IMG/VR virus record: IMGVR_UViG_3300035670_000034
Span: 72,199-136,198 of that record
From: a virus
Strand: one strand, 5' to 3'
DNA: 64,000 nt
The position numbers and the translations under genes are program-made. The first letter of the stretch is position 1, and each line of letters opens with the position of its first letter. Below, piece after piece: positions 29,219 through 38,379 of the stretch. The notes beneath the pieces are model-generated. The model saw only the letters and a list, made by a program, of their open reading frames with translations. It did no database searches and had not been told where the DNA came from.

Positions 29219-29517
29219 AGACGGAACTCAAAGAGTCCTGCGATGGGGTTCGGGTATCCGACTATCTCATTGACCCAGCGTTCAGCGTCGGAGTGCTGAG
29301 TCTCACAGTTGCGGAATGACTTGCCATAAGTGCCAATAAGGGTGCGGTCACGCTTACCTCGCTGGATGTTGATGTGTATCTCGTCAGTCTCAGGGCTATG
29401 GAGAACTGCGAGTATCCATGTTGCCGAGTAACCGCCCCATAGGTCAGTTGTCTCAAACTCCACCGAGTAGGTGGCGATGTCTAGGGGTTCAAGTTGGTGT
29501 TCGGTGATTACTTCCAT
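29197..29517 (-). CDS. hypothetical protein, leaderless
   Basis: ATG at 29517 lies 6 nt after the 29524 promoter, which refines the ORF-track start. Confidence 0.7.
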   Translation of the reverse strand: MEVITEHQLEPLDIATYSVEFETTDLWGGYSATWILAVLHSPETDEIHINIQRGKRDRTLIGTYGKSFRNCETQHSDAERWVNEIVGYPNPIAGLFEFRLWRELAK

Positions 29518-29543
29518 GCTCATACCTTACAGGCAATAATGCC

Positions 29544-29705
29544 CTAAGCCAACTCTCCGCAGTGTCGGCATACAAACTGACTGTCGTTCTCCACACAGCC
29601 GTACCAGCCGTCATAGCGTGAGTCAGTCTGGGCATGGTCATCGCAACAGTAGGTGGCGATGTCTACGGTGTCTCCGTTGGTGTCGGTGATAATGACTATG
29701 TTCAT
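29544..29705 (-). CDS. 53-aa Cys-containing protein (not in ORF track), leaderless
   Basis: MNIVIITDTNGDTVDIATYCCDDHAQ...VCRHCGELA; ATG 6 nt after the 29712 promoter. Confidence 0.7.
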   Translation of the reverse strand: MNIVIITDTNGDTVDIATYCCDDHAQTDSRYDGWYGCVENDSQFVCRHCGELA

Positions 29706-29889
29706 GCCCCTACCTTACAGGCAATAATGGGATAGGGCAACTGCCGTGTCGCACCGCCCGCCGCAGGTGGCGGCGGCCCCGCCCTCGGCTCGAACGTACA
29801 AACAACAAACCCTGAAAACCGGGACTAGGCCAAAAAGTTGTTGTCTCTATCCTCTACGGTGGCGGAAAGGGCCAACGCGGGACCCCTCG

Positions 29890-30087
29890 TTAGATTTCCA
29901 CACACTCTTTCACGATTATTTCTAGGTTGTCTCTGCCCCATCTACCATCAGCGTCGTCGCCGTGCGCAAAGGTGTCACCCAAAGCGTCGCTCGCCAAGTC
30001 AAGGGCTATCATGCCACTCTCGTCGGGGGTCCCGTCCATTTCGTCTAGAAGTATGGTTACTTCCATGACCACTTTATGAAGTGCCAC
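29890..30087 (-). CDS. acidic hypothetical protein
   Basis: ORF in cassette operon. Confidence 0.55.
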   Translation of the reverse strand: MALHKVVMEVTILLDEMDGTPDESGMIALDLASDALGDTFAHGDDADGRWGRDNLEIIVKECVEI

Positions 30088-30096
30088 AACTCAACC

Positions 30097-30291
30097 TCAG
30101 ATACGCCGTGCCACACTTGACGGTGGGCAGTCTATGTATGGGTAATGAATAGGCTCGGTGTCCTCGCATAGGCAGAACCCGAAGATACCCACTTGCGTTT
30201 CGTGCGTGAGCGTGGCTAAGTCACCCCAACTCATCTGCTCGCCCCGCTCGTGGGCTTCACGCCAATAGGCAATAAACTCTTGTGGGGTCAT
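30097..30291 (-). CDS. hypothetical protein
   Basis: ATGA-coupled; FCLCED...YIDC. Confidence 0.55.
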   Translation of the reverse strand: MTPQEFIAYWREAHERGEQMSWGDLATLTHETQVGIFGFCLCEDTEPIHYPYIDCPPSSVARRI

Positions 30292-30425
30292 TTCTTCTCC
30301 TCAGCGTCGTCGCTCAGCATTTCGCTCAGCATTTCTTGGTTCTTTTCGTGGAGTTCTTGGGCTGGTCGCATTATTTCTCCAACCAACTCAAGCACAAGTT
30401 CGTGTATGGTCTTGCTTTCGCTCAT
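30288..30425 (-). CDS. 45-aa acidic peptide (not in ORF track), leaderless
   Basis: MSESKTIHELVLELVGEIMRPAQELHEKNQEMLSEMLSDDAEEKK; ATG 6 nt after the 30432 promoter. Confidence 0.65.
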   Translation of the reverse strand: MSESKTIHELVLELVGEIMRPAQELHEKNQEMLSEMLSDDAEEKK

Positions 30426-30427
30426 AC

Positions 30428-30811
30428 CTACACCTTACAGGCAATAATAGTATTAGACACTTTACCAGCATCTATCCATGTTTCGCCGTTAGAAGCCCAC
30501 AATCCGAACTGTCGCATGACTGCGAGACGCCCCGCATCTCCGAGTTCGTCGTTTAGCACGGCAAGGTCAGCGTTCACCTCATCAAGTTCTTCCTGAGTGC
30601 CTTCATCTTCCAATCGCCAACGGTTGAGTATCGCAAGTATGAACGCCTCGTATGCGCTCAACTTGTAGTAGCCCTCGCCGTCTGGCGCAATAGACAGAAC
30701 CAAACTCATAAACTCATCAAGCGTGGCATAGGTTGGCAATACCCCTGATACCGGGGCCCCACCGTCACCCCCTTGCGGAGTGGCGGTTGGGGTTGTAGTG
30801 GGGGCGGTCAT
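30428..30811 (-). CDS. hypothetical protein
   Basis: ATGA-coupled; its C-terminus reads through the next promoter. Confidence 0.55.
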   Translation of the reverse strand: MTAPTTTPTATPQGGDGGAPVSGVLPTYATLDEFMSLVLSIAPDGEGYYKLSAYEAFILAILNRWRLEDEGTQEELDEVNADLAVLNDELGDAGRLAVMRQFGLWASNGETWIDAGKVSNTIIACKV

Positions 30812-31170
30812 ACCGCCACCCCCACCGTGACCCTCGTATGTGGTTTCAGCGTGACAACTTGGTTCACAGCGTCGTTGGTAATGTCACCTGACGCAACCGC
30901 CTTGTCAAACTTCTTGGTATCCACTTTCAGGGCAGTCACCTTGTCAAAGGCGTTAGGTGCGACCATGCGGAGAGTGTCAAGGTCAAAGACCCTATTGTTC
31001 ACTTCCTCAATGGCGACCATGTGACCGTCGCTAGTGGCGTGTCGGGTAATGCCTGCTAGGGCAAAGTCTGCTTCCAGCGTCGCACGGTGCTTCGCTAGTG
31101 CTTCCTCAGCCTCTTTCAGGTTGTCGTAGGCTCGCTTGTAAGCGTCAGCCGTTTCGGTGAGTGTTGTCAT
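30808..31170 (-). CDS. hypothetical protein with N-terminal coiled coil, leaderless
   Basis: ATG 6 nt after the 31177 promoter. Confidence 0.7.
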   Translation of the reverse strand: MTTLTETADAYKRAYDNLKEAEEALAKHRATLEADFALAGITRHATSDGHMVAIEEVNNRVFDLDTLRMVAPNAFDKVTALKVDTKKFDKAVASGDITNDAVNQVVTLKPHTRVTVGVAV

Positions 31171-31248
31171 GCTATGACCTTACAGGCAATAATGGGATTA
31201 CGCAACCTACGCTGAGTGGTCGCCTGACCACAGAACTAGCGCACAAAG

Positions 31249-31268
31249 TTATCCACAGGCTATCCACA
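31249..31268 (+). promoter_or_regulatory. DnaA-box cluster 2
   Basis: TTATCCACA at 31249 and CTATCCACA at 31260 (11-bp pitch). Confidence 0.6.
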
Positions 31269-31353
31269 CCCGCCGTAGTCGGCTGCCCCGCTTCGCTGGG
31301 GCTGGGGTGTTGCGCCTGCTGCCGAAACCCGGGGCCGGTGGGTGCGCTTATCT

Positions 31354-31536
31354 CTATCCTCTACGGTGGTGGAAAGCGTACTTGATGCGGTAGTAAGCCG
31401 ACATAACTTTATCCCAAAGCGTCATTCTGTGGTCGTCTCCGCCCCGCATGATGGCATCAAGCAACCGCTTCATTTCGTCGTTGGTCATTTCTTCTATTGG
31501 TTTGATGTGTGGTTTATTCATAGTCCTATTACGCAC
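31354..31536 (-). CDS. hypothetical protein
   Basis: C-terminal AFHHRRG is encoded by repeat motif 2. Confidence 0.5.
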   Translation of the reverse strand: MRNRTMNKPHIKPIEEMTNDEMKRLLDAIMRGGDDHRMTLWDKVMSAYYRIKYAFHHRRG

Positions 31537-31834
31537 GACCTACCCCGAACTGTGACACTTCGGCGTAGATAAGTTCGTATGACTTTATCCGAAAGTCCTC
31601 GTTGTCGTGCTTCTTGCTCAGGTGTTCTAGTTCGGCTACGCCCTCGGCGTAGTAGAAGATTTCTGTGTCGGTCACCCCGAACTCGTCTGAGATTACGTCG
31701 CCGTTATCGTCGGCAAGTTCCTTGCCCAGCGAGATGTAGCGTGCGTGCGCCCCGTTGGTCGGGTCGTCGTTCCAGATAATCTCGCACTCAGCCCCAATGG
31801 CTACCTCAGTCATGCTGCGCCCCTCTTTCGCCAA
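31529..31834 (-). CDS. acidic hypothetical protein
   Basis: ORF in cassette operon. Confidence 0.55.
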   Translation of the reverse strand: MAKEGRSMTEVAIGAECEIIWNDDPTNGAHARYISLGKELADDNGDVISDEFGVTDTEIFYYAEGVAELEHLSKKHDNEDFRIKSYELIYAEVSQFGVGRA

Positions 31835-32319
31835 GTGGTCGGGTCAAGTGGGCATACTGCTGGCTCGCTAAACACCTTCTCGTAAAGGTCACGCCCTGCC
31901 TGCCAATCGGTTGCCCAATCGCCGTCTGAGCCAATGTCCACAATGTCGCCGTAGATGACTTTCGCACGAATGAGTATGGCGGTCACTACTGCGTCGTAGG
32001 GCTTCTGGGCGGTCTTACAGAAGTCAAATATTTCGTTCTCCTGAACCGTGCCACGCTTGTAGGCTCGCTGGTGGTCAGGTTGCTCAGGTGCGCCTTCCCA
32101 CGCAAATCCCTCGTAGGCTAAGCCGTCTTTCTCAGAGCCGTTGAGTGCGAAGTAGGACTCGGTGAACTCAGGTTCGCCGTCGCCCCACGCCCCACAGATT
32201 TCCAAGCCTTGCGCCTGAGCCTCGGCAATAATCGCCTTAGCGTCAAGGGCAAGCCTGCCATACTGCTCGGCAGTACCGACATTTCGCTTGTCTCGGGTGA
32301 AGTAATGTGTGTATCCCAT
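31810..32319 (-). CDS. conserved phage early protein (MGYTHY type), leaderless
   Basis: MGYTHY...FDFCKTAQKPYDAVV...SDG; ATG 6 nt after TAAGTT (32326). Confidence 0.75.
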   Translation of the reverse strand: MGYTHYFTRDKRNVGTAEQYGRLALDAKAIIAEAQAQGLEICGAWGDGEPEFTESYFALNGSEKDGLAYEGFAWEGAPEQPDHQRAYKRGTVQENEIFDFCKTAQKPYDAVVTAILIRAKVIYGDIVDIGSDGDWATDWQAGRDLYEKVFSEPAVCPLDPTTWRKRGAA

Positions 32320-32359
32320 ACTTAGAACTTACAGGCAATAATGATGTAAGCCAACTCGA

Positions 32360-32719
32360 TTACAGCGTGGCTTCGTGAGCGTCGTCTAGGCACTCAGCGC
32401 AAGTCCCGTCGCCGTTCATTACAGATGCGTCACGATGTATCGGGCATACTTCGTTGCCCTGTGCGTCTGCGTATTTCAACTGAATACTGACTACCTCATC
32501 GTCGGGGCAGGTGAACCGAATGTCCACGCTGAACCAACCCATAACAGTCCTCAGTAGGTTGTCATAATCTGATTGCGTCGCCTCTGTGTGAAAGGCTTGC
32601 CACTCGCTATCGGGCAGCCCCGCTCGTTCCATGATGCGCTTGATGCGCCCCAGAATGGCGAAAGCATTTCCATCTTCGCCCACCATAGGGATAACTATGT
32701 TTGGATACTTAGTTTTCAC
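32360..32719 (-). CDS. conserved phage hypothetical protein, leaderless GTG
   Basis: GEDGNAFAILG...SDYDNLL; GTG 6 nt after the 32726 promoter. Confidence 0.72.
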   Translation of the reverse strand: MKTKYPNIVIPMVGEDGNAFAILGRIKRIMERAGLPDSEWQAFHTEATQSDYDNLLRTVMGWFSVDIRFTCPDDEVVSIQLKYADAQGNEVCPIHRDASVMNGDGTCAECLDDAHEATL

Positions 32720-32756
32720 GCTTTGACCTTACAGGCAATAATGGTGTAACGCAACC

Positions 32757-33284
32757 TCAGCAGATTTGGAAACCACCACAGCCCTCTAAGAACTCGCAGA
32801 ACTCAGCGACATTTTCCGTTGAGAACGGATACTCAGCCTCAAAGCCAAGCCTAGAACCTTCGCCGTTACAGCCATTACACGAGCCGTGTGTGCGACCTGT
32901 AAGTATCTGTATTTCAGTAGGCAGTTCCTTAGTTGGCATTTCGTGTGCCACCCCCACCTCGTCGGTGCGGATACCTGTTCCGTCACACCAATCGCATTTC
33001 TCTCTGGGCAGGCTCGCCAAGTATTCGTTGTATTTGCGCTGATACTCAGCAGTAATGCCGTTATCCAAGTCGTAACGAAGTGCTTTGGCAAGTTCCAACG
33101 CCTTTTCAGCGTCTAGACCTGCGCCGTCGTTGCTATGCCAATACTCAGGGTCGCAACCGCTTGTGGCGATTTCGCCGTGTTGCGACAAGATGTAGTCGGC
33201 TAACGGTCTCCACCACCAGACATTATTGCGGAAGTAGTGACCTTTTTCAGTTGTCGGCTCTATGCCGTAGACATCCATTCCCAT
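32757..33284 (-). CDS. MG(M/L)D-type early protein with CxxCxGxG Zn repeats, leaderless
   Basis: FRNNVWWWRPL; CDWCDGTG...CNGCNGEG; ATG 6 nt after the 33291 promoter. Confidence 0.75.
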   Translation of the reverse strand: MGMDVYGIEPTTEKGHYFRNNVWWWRPLADYILSQHGEIATSGCDPEYWHSNDGAGLDAEKALELAKALRYDLDNGITAEYQRKYNEYLASLPREKCDWCDGTGIRTDEVGVAHEMPTKELPTEIQILTGRTHGSCNGCNGEGSRLGFEAEYPFSTENVAEFCEFLEGCGGFQIC

Positions 33285-33313
33285 AGCAGTACCTTACAGG
33301 CAATAATGCCTTA

Positions 33314-33553
33314 TCACAACTCCACGCCTTCGGCTATCGCCAAGAAGCCGGGGCCATTCATTTCGGGGTCTCTCGTAGGAAGAACTACCGTGCCGTCAGT
33401 CATCACGATTTGTATGACAGGCTCATTTATGTCATCCCAGCCCAAAGCCTCAAGTTCTAGGGGTTGAACAAGTCGCACCGAGCGCACCTTTTTGCCAACG
33501 ATGGCCCCGTAATACTCAAGTGCGCTTATCTCTGTTTCGGTAATCATTCGCAC
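33314..33553 (-). CDS. hypothetical protein
   Basis: RDPEMNGPGFL motif; coupled ORF. Confidence 0.6.
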   Translation of the reverse strand: MRMITETEISALEYYGAIVGKKVRSVRLVQPLELEALGWDDINEPVIQIVMTDGTVVLPTRDPEMNGPGFLAIAEGVEL

Positions 33554-33834
33554 TCCTCTTCGTATGGCTCGCCCTCAGCCTCAATCCAACAGTCAAGGTG
33601 GTGACCCTCTGCGATTGCGTGGGCTGGTGCTTGCGTCTTGCCTCGCCATGACACGCCCTCAGGCAGGTCAATCTGGCGGTCATAATCGCCCTCGTTACAC
33701 GCCTGAATAGCCTCAATACACGGCTCAATCATGCTCGTAGGCACAGGTGGGTAGTGATTATTCGTTAGGTGGATTGCGAGTGCTTGGCGCATACTCAGCG
33801 AGTGCGCCAACTCGTCTGCCATAAGCCTGCCCAT
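33544..33834 (-). CDS. hypothetical protein
   Basis: HLTNNHYPPVP...HHLDCW. Confidence 0.6.
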   Translation of the reverse strand: MGRLMADELAHSLSMRQALAIHLTNNHYPPVPTSMIEPCIEAIQACNEGDYDRQIDLPEGVSWRGKTQAPAHAIAEGHHLDCWIEAEGEPYEEECE

Positions 33835-33835
33835 T

Positions 33836-34069
33836 TCAGTTCACCTTCAGGAAGTTGAAGTTGGGCTTGACGATTGAGTTCACGGCTTTGCCGTATCCCT
33901 CTTCTTTGCCTGCCTTGCGGATAAGCCCCCACACAGCGTCGCTAACACCTGCGTAGATGTAGCGACCACCGTTGAGATACTGAACCGTGAGTGTGCGCTC
34001 ACGCTTCTCGTATCGGATTTCGGCAATCGCCGTTGAGTGCTTGGGTTTGATTGTGTTTCGCTTGAACAT
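33836..34069 (-). CDS. KTSC-domain protein, leaderless
   Basis: STAIAEIRYE...LTVQYLNGGRYIYAGVS...GKAVNSIVK; ATG 6 nt after the 34076 promoter. Confidence 0.8.
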   Translation of the reverse strand: MFKRNTIKPKHSTAIAEIRYEKRERTLTVQYLNGGRYIYAGVSDAVWGLIRKAGKEEGYGKAVNSIVKPNFNFLKVN

Positions 34070-34095
34070 ACTTAGACCTTACAGGCAATAATGAG

Positions 34096-34314
34096 TTATG
34101 CCAACTCGTTGTCTTTGCCAAACTGCAACATGGGCAGTTCCTCAATGACAGGCGAGTTCACACCGTAGAACACGGTAACCTCATCTACCTTATTGCCCTC
34201 AGCGTCATAGACATAGAGTGCGACAACAGAGAAGTCCACACTGCCGTCTTTGCGGAAGTAGGTCTTGACCTGCTTGGTGATTTTAGTTGCGTTGTGAATG
34301 TCAATGTTTGCCAT
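34096..34314 (-). CDS. hypothetical protein, leaderless
   Basis: ATG 6 nt after the 34321 promoter. Confidence 0.7.
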   Translation of the reverse strand: MANIDIHNATKITKQVKTYFRKDGSVDFSVVALYVYDAEGNKVDEVTVFYGVNSPVIEELPMLQFGKDNELA

Positions 34315-34357
34315 GCCACCACCTTACAGGCAATAATGGGATAACGCTACTTTGACA

Positions 34358-34380
34358 GTTATCCACAGCCTGTGGATAAC
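34358..34380. promoter_or_regulatory. DnaA-box cluster 3 (inverted pair)
   Basis: TTATCCACA 34359-34367 and TGTGGATAA 34371-34379. Confidence 0.65.
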
Positions 34381-34525
34381 TCCTGCGTGCCGCCGGCCCC
34401 GCAGTCGCATCACAGCCGCACCGCCAAGAAACCGGCTCGAGCCGGGACTCGTCGTGTGTTTCTCTATCCCCTACGGTGGTGGAAACGGTTGTCGGGTGGG
34501 GTTTCCCCCACCCGAACTTCACCGA

Positions 34526-34948
34526 TTACAGGTACTCGGATACCGAACGGAGAGTGTTTGCTGAAACATACTCATCATCTGAGAGTTCCAACATACGCAG
34601 GGCGTTGGTAATCGCTTCCTTGTCTTGTCGCCAGCGATAGTCCTCGTAGGTCTTGGGCTGTTCTGGCTGTTCTGGCACAAGTGACTTCGGAATAGAGACA
34701 GTCACTTGGAACTCTTTGGTGGTCTTGCGCCGACCACCGTAATAACGGTTTTCGTCTGCGCTTTCCAGAGTTGCCTTGCCAGACTTGACGAGTTTGAGAA
34801 TGGTGGCGGTGTACGCTTCCATTTCCTTGTCGTACTGAGCCTGCTTCTTGTCGTTGTTCTTGTAGTCGGCTTCCAACTCTTTCAGTTTTGCTTCCAGAGT
34901 GGTAATCAACTTGGCTTTCTTGATTTTCAGGTTGAGCGACCTAGCCAT
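34526..34948 (-). CDS. coiled-coil hypothetical protein
   Basis: AGAGG SD; TAATG-coupled to a leaderless uORF. Confidence 0.7.
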   Translation of the reverse strand: MARSLNLKIKKAKLITTLEAKLKELEADYKNNDKKQAQYDKEMEAYTATILKLVKSGKATLESADENRYYGGRRKTTKEFQVTVSIPKSLVPEQPEQPKTYEDYRWRQDKEAITNALRMLELSDDEYVSANTLRSVSEYL

Positions 34949-34977
34949 TATCGCTTACCTCTTGTGGTGGTGTTCAT
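34948..34977 (-). CDS. leaderless 9-aa uORF MNTTTRGKR
   Basis: ATG 6 nt after the 34984 promoter; stop overlaps the next ATG (TAATG). Confidence 0.5.
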   Translation of the reverse strand: MNTTTRGKR

Positions 34978-35110
34978 ACCTGAACCTTACAGGCAATAAT
35001 GCTTTATCGCAACTTTCGTCGTGGGACACAAGTGACGGCCCCGGTGGGTGCGCTTCGCCCACTCCACGCACTTCTCGTCGTGGAGTGGGCTAGGCGTTGG
35101 GGGGACTTGT

Positions 35111-35563
35111 TTAGTTGTCCCAGATTGCGAGTGCGCTATCTCGTAGCGCACCTTGCCCATCGTTCTGAACCATCAGTTCGGTGTTGGTCGGGTCGCCGTA
35201 GAAACGGAGTGCCGAACCGAAGTCGCCGTTCTTGCCAACTAGGCACAGCATAGCGACACGCCGACGCTCAGGGTGTTGCGAAGGCGCAACCGTCTCGTCG
35301 TCGTTCTCGTCGGTGGGCGCAGCCCAACCTGCCGTGTAGAACGCAAGTTCGTCGTTGTTGGAGAGCATATCCCCTGCCGTTGCCAGCAGTTGATAAATGT
35401 CGCTATCCACCAACTTCTCGTCGTGACGAATAACAGGATTACCGTTCTCGTCATAGGAGACAGGCGCAATCCACGCCTTGACCTTGGGACTTGGGGGTGT
35501 ATCGGGCGACAAGGCGACTGCCCCCAGCAGGTTCATCTTGTCGGTGAGTGTGAGTGTGTTCAT
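35111..35563 (-). CDS. hypothetical protein, leaderless
   Basis: GWAAP...APSQHPERRRV; ATG 6 nt after the 35570 promoter. Confidence 0.72.
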   Translation of the reverse strand: MNTLTLTDKMNLLGAVALSPDTPPSPKVKAWIAPVSYDENGNPVIRHDEKLVDSDIYQLLATAGDMLSNNDELAFYTAGWAAPTDENDDETVAPSQHPERRRVAMLCLVGKNGDFGSALRFYGDPTNTELMVQNDGQGALRDSALAIWDN

Positions 35564-35880
35564 ACCACGACCTTACAGGCAATAATGGTTTACGACAACC
35601 CTTGTGTGTGCGAAGCAGGATTGCCCACCCCCCTTGAGCCGTTGGCCCCGAAACTTTGAACTTTCTGGTTTGGGCTGCCATTTTTGCCTTCAACGCAACA
35701 ACCTGCTGTTTGTCACTGCCGCACGCGCGCGGCGGGGCCAATCGGTATATGGCTATGTCTTACGGTGGTGGATAGCACAGGGGGACGACTGTTTATTTCA
35801 GCAGCCTATTCAGCATCGGCAACGACATCTATTGCTAGAAGTAGCGGCGTCCCGCCCCAGCCATGTCATCTGCCCCTGTG

Positions 35881-36186
35881 CTACATCTCCACTTCGTAGA
35901 AGTGTGTAGGGTCTGGTGCTTTCTTGGTAATCAAGTACCCAATGCGATTGACGTAATGGTAGCCATCTACGATTACCGTGCCGTCCTCGCCATCTATGTA
36001 AGTCCAAACATAGTGGGTTGGTTCGCTTGCGTTAGAGGTGGTGACGACGAATAGAACTTCCTCGCCGTAGGTCTCAAACAACAAACCACCCAAGCCTGCG
36101 TCATCCGACAGGTGGTTCTCAATGGGCTGAAACTCTTTTTCCCAAGCCTCAAAGTCCATCTTCTTGATAGTTAGTTTTACGCTCAT
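35881..36186 (-). CDS. conserved phage hypothetical protein, leaderless
   Basis: LFETYGEE...VWTYIDG...GYHYVNRIGYLIT; ATG 6 nt after TAAGAT (36193). Confidence 0.75.
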   Translation of the reverse strand: MSVKLTIKKMDFEAWEKEFQPIENHLSDDAGLGGLLFETYGEEVLFVVTTSNASEPTHYVWTYIDGEDGTVIVDGYHYVNRIGYLITKKAPDPTHFYEVEM

Positions 36187-36212
36187 GGATAAATCTTACA
36201 GGCAATAATGAG

Positions 36213-36422
36213 TTATGCCGACCCAAGCCTTGCCATCAGGGTTGCATGCATATCGGAATCACGATTTACATCTTCTTGTGTGGTGATGTCTTCCCACTGC
36301 TCGGTCTCGTCATCCCAGATGGCCCCGTCTGGGAAACGTGCATCAAGAGAGTTGTGGTCAATATGGAAGACAGGCTGTCCGTTTTCCATCCAGCACTCAA
36401 CGATGAAGTAGTGCTTTTTCAT
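36213..36422 (-). CDS. hypothetical protein
   Basis: ATGA-coupled ORF. Confidence 0.6.
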   Translation of the reverse strand: MKKHYFIVECWMENGQPVFHIDHNSLDARFPDGAIWDDETEQWEDITTQEDVNRDSDMHATLMARLGSA

Positions 36423-36613
36423 TTCTTGCCACCCATGTAATGCTCAATGATGCGACGAAGCCCTGCTCCGTGTTCATACCACTCGCCGTGTGGGTCTGCG
36501 CCCTGTTCATACTCGGCTTTGAGTTCTGCTGGCAACTCGTCGGTGTTGATGATTATTGCTTCATCAACAGCGAAGTAGGTGTCAGTTCCTGGGTGTACGA
36601 CGATTAAGTTCAT
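36419..36613 (-). CDS. hypothetical protein, leaderless
   Basis: ATG 6 nt after the 36620 promoter. Confidence 0.7.
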   Translation of the reverse strand: MNLIVVHPGTDTYFAVDEAIIINTDELPAELKAEYEQGADPHGEWYEHGAGLRRIIEHYMGGKK

Positions 36614-36639
36614 GTTTGTACCTTACAGGCAATAATGCT

Positions 36640-36852
36640 CTATGCCAACTCTGCTTCTATGCGGAAGTTGGAAATGTCCATCGGAAGTAGGTCGTCGCTA
36701 ATAACGGCGTCCATCGCCTTGCTCTCGGCGTCGGCCCCGTCCTCGGCGAACACCGTGACGGTTGTGATGTGGTAGTCGGCAACGAAATGCACGTTCCAAC
36801 GAGTTAGGGTGTCAGTCATACTCACCATGAAGCCTGATAGGCGAAGTACCAC
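36640..36852 (-). CDS. hypothetical protein
   Basis: ORF in cassette operon; start probably near 36819. Confidence 0.5.
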   Translation of the reverse strand: MVLRLSGFMVSMTDTLTRWNVHFVADYHITTVTVFAEDGADAESKAMDAVISDDLLPMDISNFRIEAELA

Positions 36853-37301
36853 TCGCTGGGCATTGACACGGCTTTTTCAAGTATCTTGACCGTATCTTCA
36901 AGGTCGGAGAAGTAATACTCATCGTATTCGGTACTCCCGAAGAAGAACCCAGACTGTGTTGGCAGTAGTTCCTCGGCTCTACCCTGCTCGGCAAGAACTT
37001 CTTTGACCGTAGCCAACAGTTCTTCAAGTTTCTCACGAGACACATAGACTTCTCGGCAGTCATCTTCGCCATTGGCGCAGTTGTCCACGAACCATTGGTG
37101 TACGGCATTGACCTTGCGCCAATAACCGATTTTCATGTCAATGATGATGGTTCCGCCAAAAGTAGTGTCAAGGTACTGTGTGTCCTCGCCAATGGCTTCC
37201 TTCAACTTCTGGAAGTCGGCATTTTTCTTCTGCCATGTCGGCTCCTCAAAGTCGTTGCTGAACGTATATTTCTTTGCGTATAAGTATTGGTCTAATCCCA
37301 T
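36822..37301 (-). CDS. MGLD-type conserved early protein, leaderless
   Basis: MGLDQYLY...YWRKVNAVHQWFV...LLPTQSGFFFGSTEYDEYY...YQASW; ATG 6 nt after the 37308 promoter. Confidence 0.78.
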   Translation of the reverse strand: MGLDQYLYAKKYTFSNDFEEPTWQKKNADFQKLKEAIGEDTQYLDTTFGGTIIIDMKIGYWRKVNAVHQWFVDNCANGEDDCREVYVSREKLEELLATVKEVLAEQGRAEELLPTQSGFFFGSTEYDEYYFSDLEDTVKILEKAVSMPSEWYFAYQASW

Positions 37302-37467
37302 ACCTGCACCTTACAGGCAATAATGAAGTAAGACAACTTATTGCTCGCTCTCGTATGGCGGCACTTGCCAAGTTTCGGGGTTGTCCAGACAGGCCCCGCA
37401 GATGTCTTCGTCGTCGGTGTACTCTTCTGGCAACTTGTAGCCGCACCCTGCGGCGCAGTAGCGGGAC

Positions 37468-37752
37468 TCACTCATCGTCCCCACGCTCCTCAATGACGGC
37501 TCGGATTTCTTTAAGGCTGTCCCTGAAGTTCCTGCGCCATTCGTTCCACATGGCTTCGTCTTGCATCATGTGATTGGCGAGTTCTTCAAAGTCGCTCGGT
37601 GAGCGGTCTTTCCACCACTCAAGGTCGTCGGCATTGGGGGCGAGACGTGGATGTGTAGACGCAAGTCCAAGCATCTCACTGACTTCCTCCTTTAGGTCGG
37701 CCGGCATCATGCTGATGACGAACGCCGTCTCATAATGTGTTCTGTCGCTCAT
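37468..37752 (-). CDS. hypothetical protein
   Basis: ATG lies just downstream of a motif-2 copy. Confidence 0.6.
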   Translation of the reverse strand: MSDRTHYETAFVISMMPADLKEEVSEMLGLASTHPRLAPNADDLEWWKDRSPSDFEELANHMMQDEAMWNEWRRNFRDSLKEIRAVIEERGDDE

Positions 37753-37779
37753 GGCTATGTCCTACGGTGGTGGAAAGGG

Positions 37780-38154
37780 CTACTTGCCAGCAACCAGATA
37801 CTCGGTTGCCATTGTCCACAGATGCTCTGCTGAGTCATAGAAAGATTGCTCAACATCTTCAAGCCTCATTGACGGAATGATTCTGACAACAGGCAAAGAC
37901 TCAATGCCCTGCTCGTGGAATATGTTCCAACCGCCATCAGTAGCCCACACTTCAAGCCGTGCGTAAGACTGCTCGTCGTAGTAGTTGCGCCGAATGACGA
38001 CACGGATTTTGGTACGGAAGTGCTTGTGAATCCCACTAGGACCGAAAGCACGAATCTCGGTGTAATACCAAGACTGTTGGTGATTGCGGAATGTCACATC
38101 GTTGCCATCTTCGGTGACGGTGTGATACCCCATGTGATTTGTGGTTGTAATCAT
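37780..38154 (-). CDS. hypothetical protein, leaderless
   Basis: ATG 6 nt after the 38161 promoter. Confidence 0.7.
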   Translation of the reverse strand: MITTTNHMGYHTVTEDGNDVTFRNHQQSWYYTEIRAFGPSGIHKHFRTKIRVVIRRNYYDEQSYARLEVWATDGGWNIFHEQGIESLPVVRIIPSMRLEDVEQSFYDSAEHLWTMATEYLVAGK

Positions 38155-38181
38155 ACTTGGACCTTACAGGCAATAATCACT

Positions 38182-38379
38182 TTAGACAACCTCTTCGTAT
38201 GTATCAAAGCAGTCGTATGCCTCAAAGTATTCGGTTCGGTTGGCGAGCAGTCCCGAGATGCGAGCCAGCAGGGCTGCGATTATCTTGTCGGACTCCTTGT
38301 TCCAAGCATCTTGGCTGTCTGCGTGTTCGCAGTTTGGCACGGCGAATGCGATGCTGTAGGCGTGATTGTATTTAGTCAT
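38182..38379 (-). CDS. hypothetical protein
   Basis: ATGA-coupled. Confidence 0.6.
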   Translation of the reverse strand: MTKYNHAYSIAFAVPNCEHADSQDAWNKESDKIIAALLARISGLLANRTEYFEAYDCFDTYEEVV

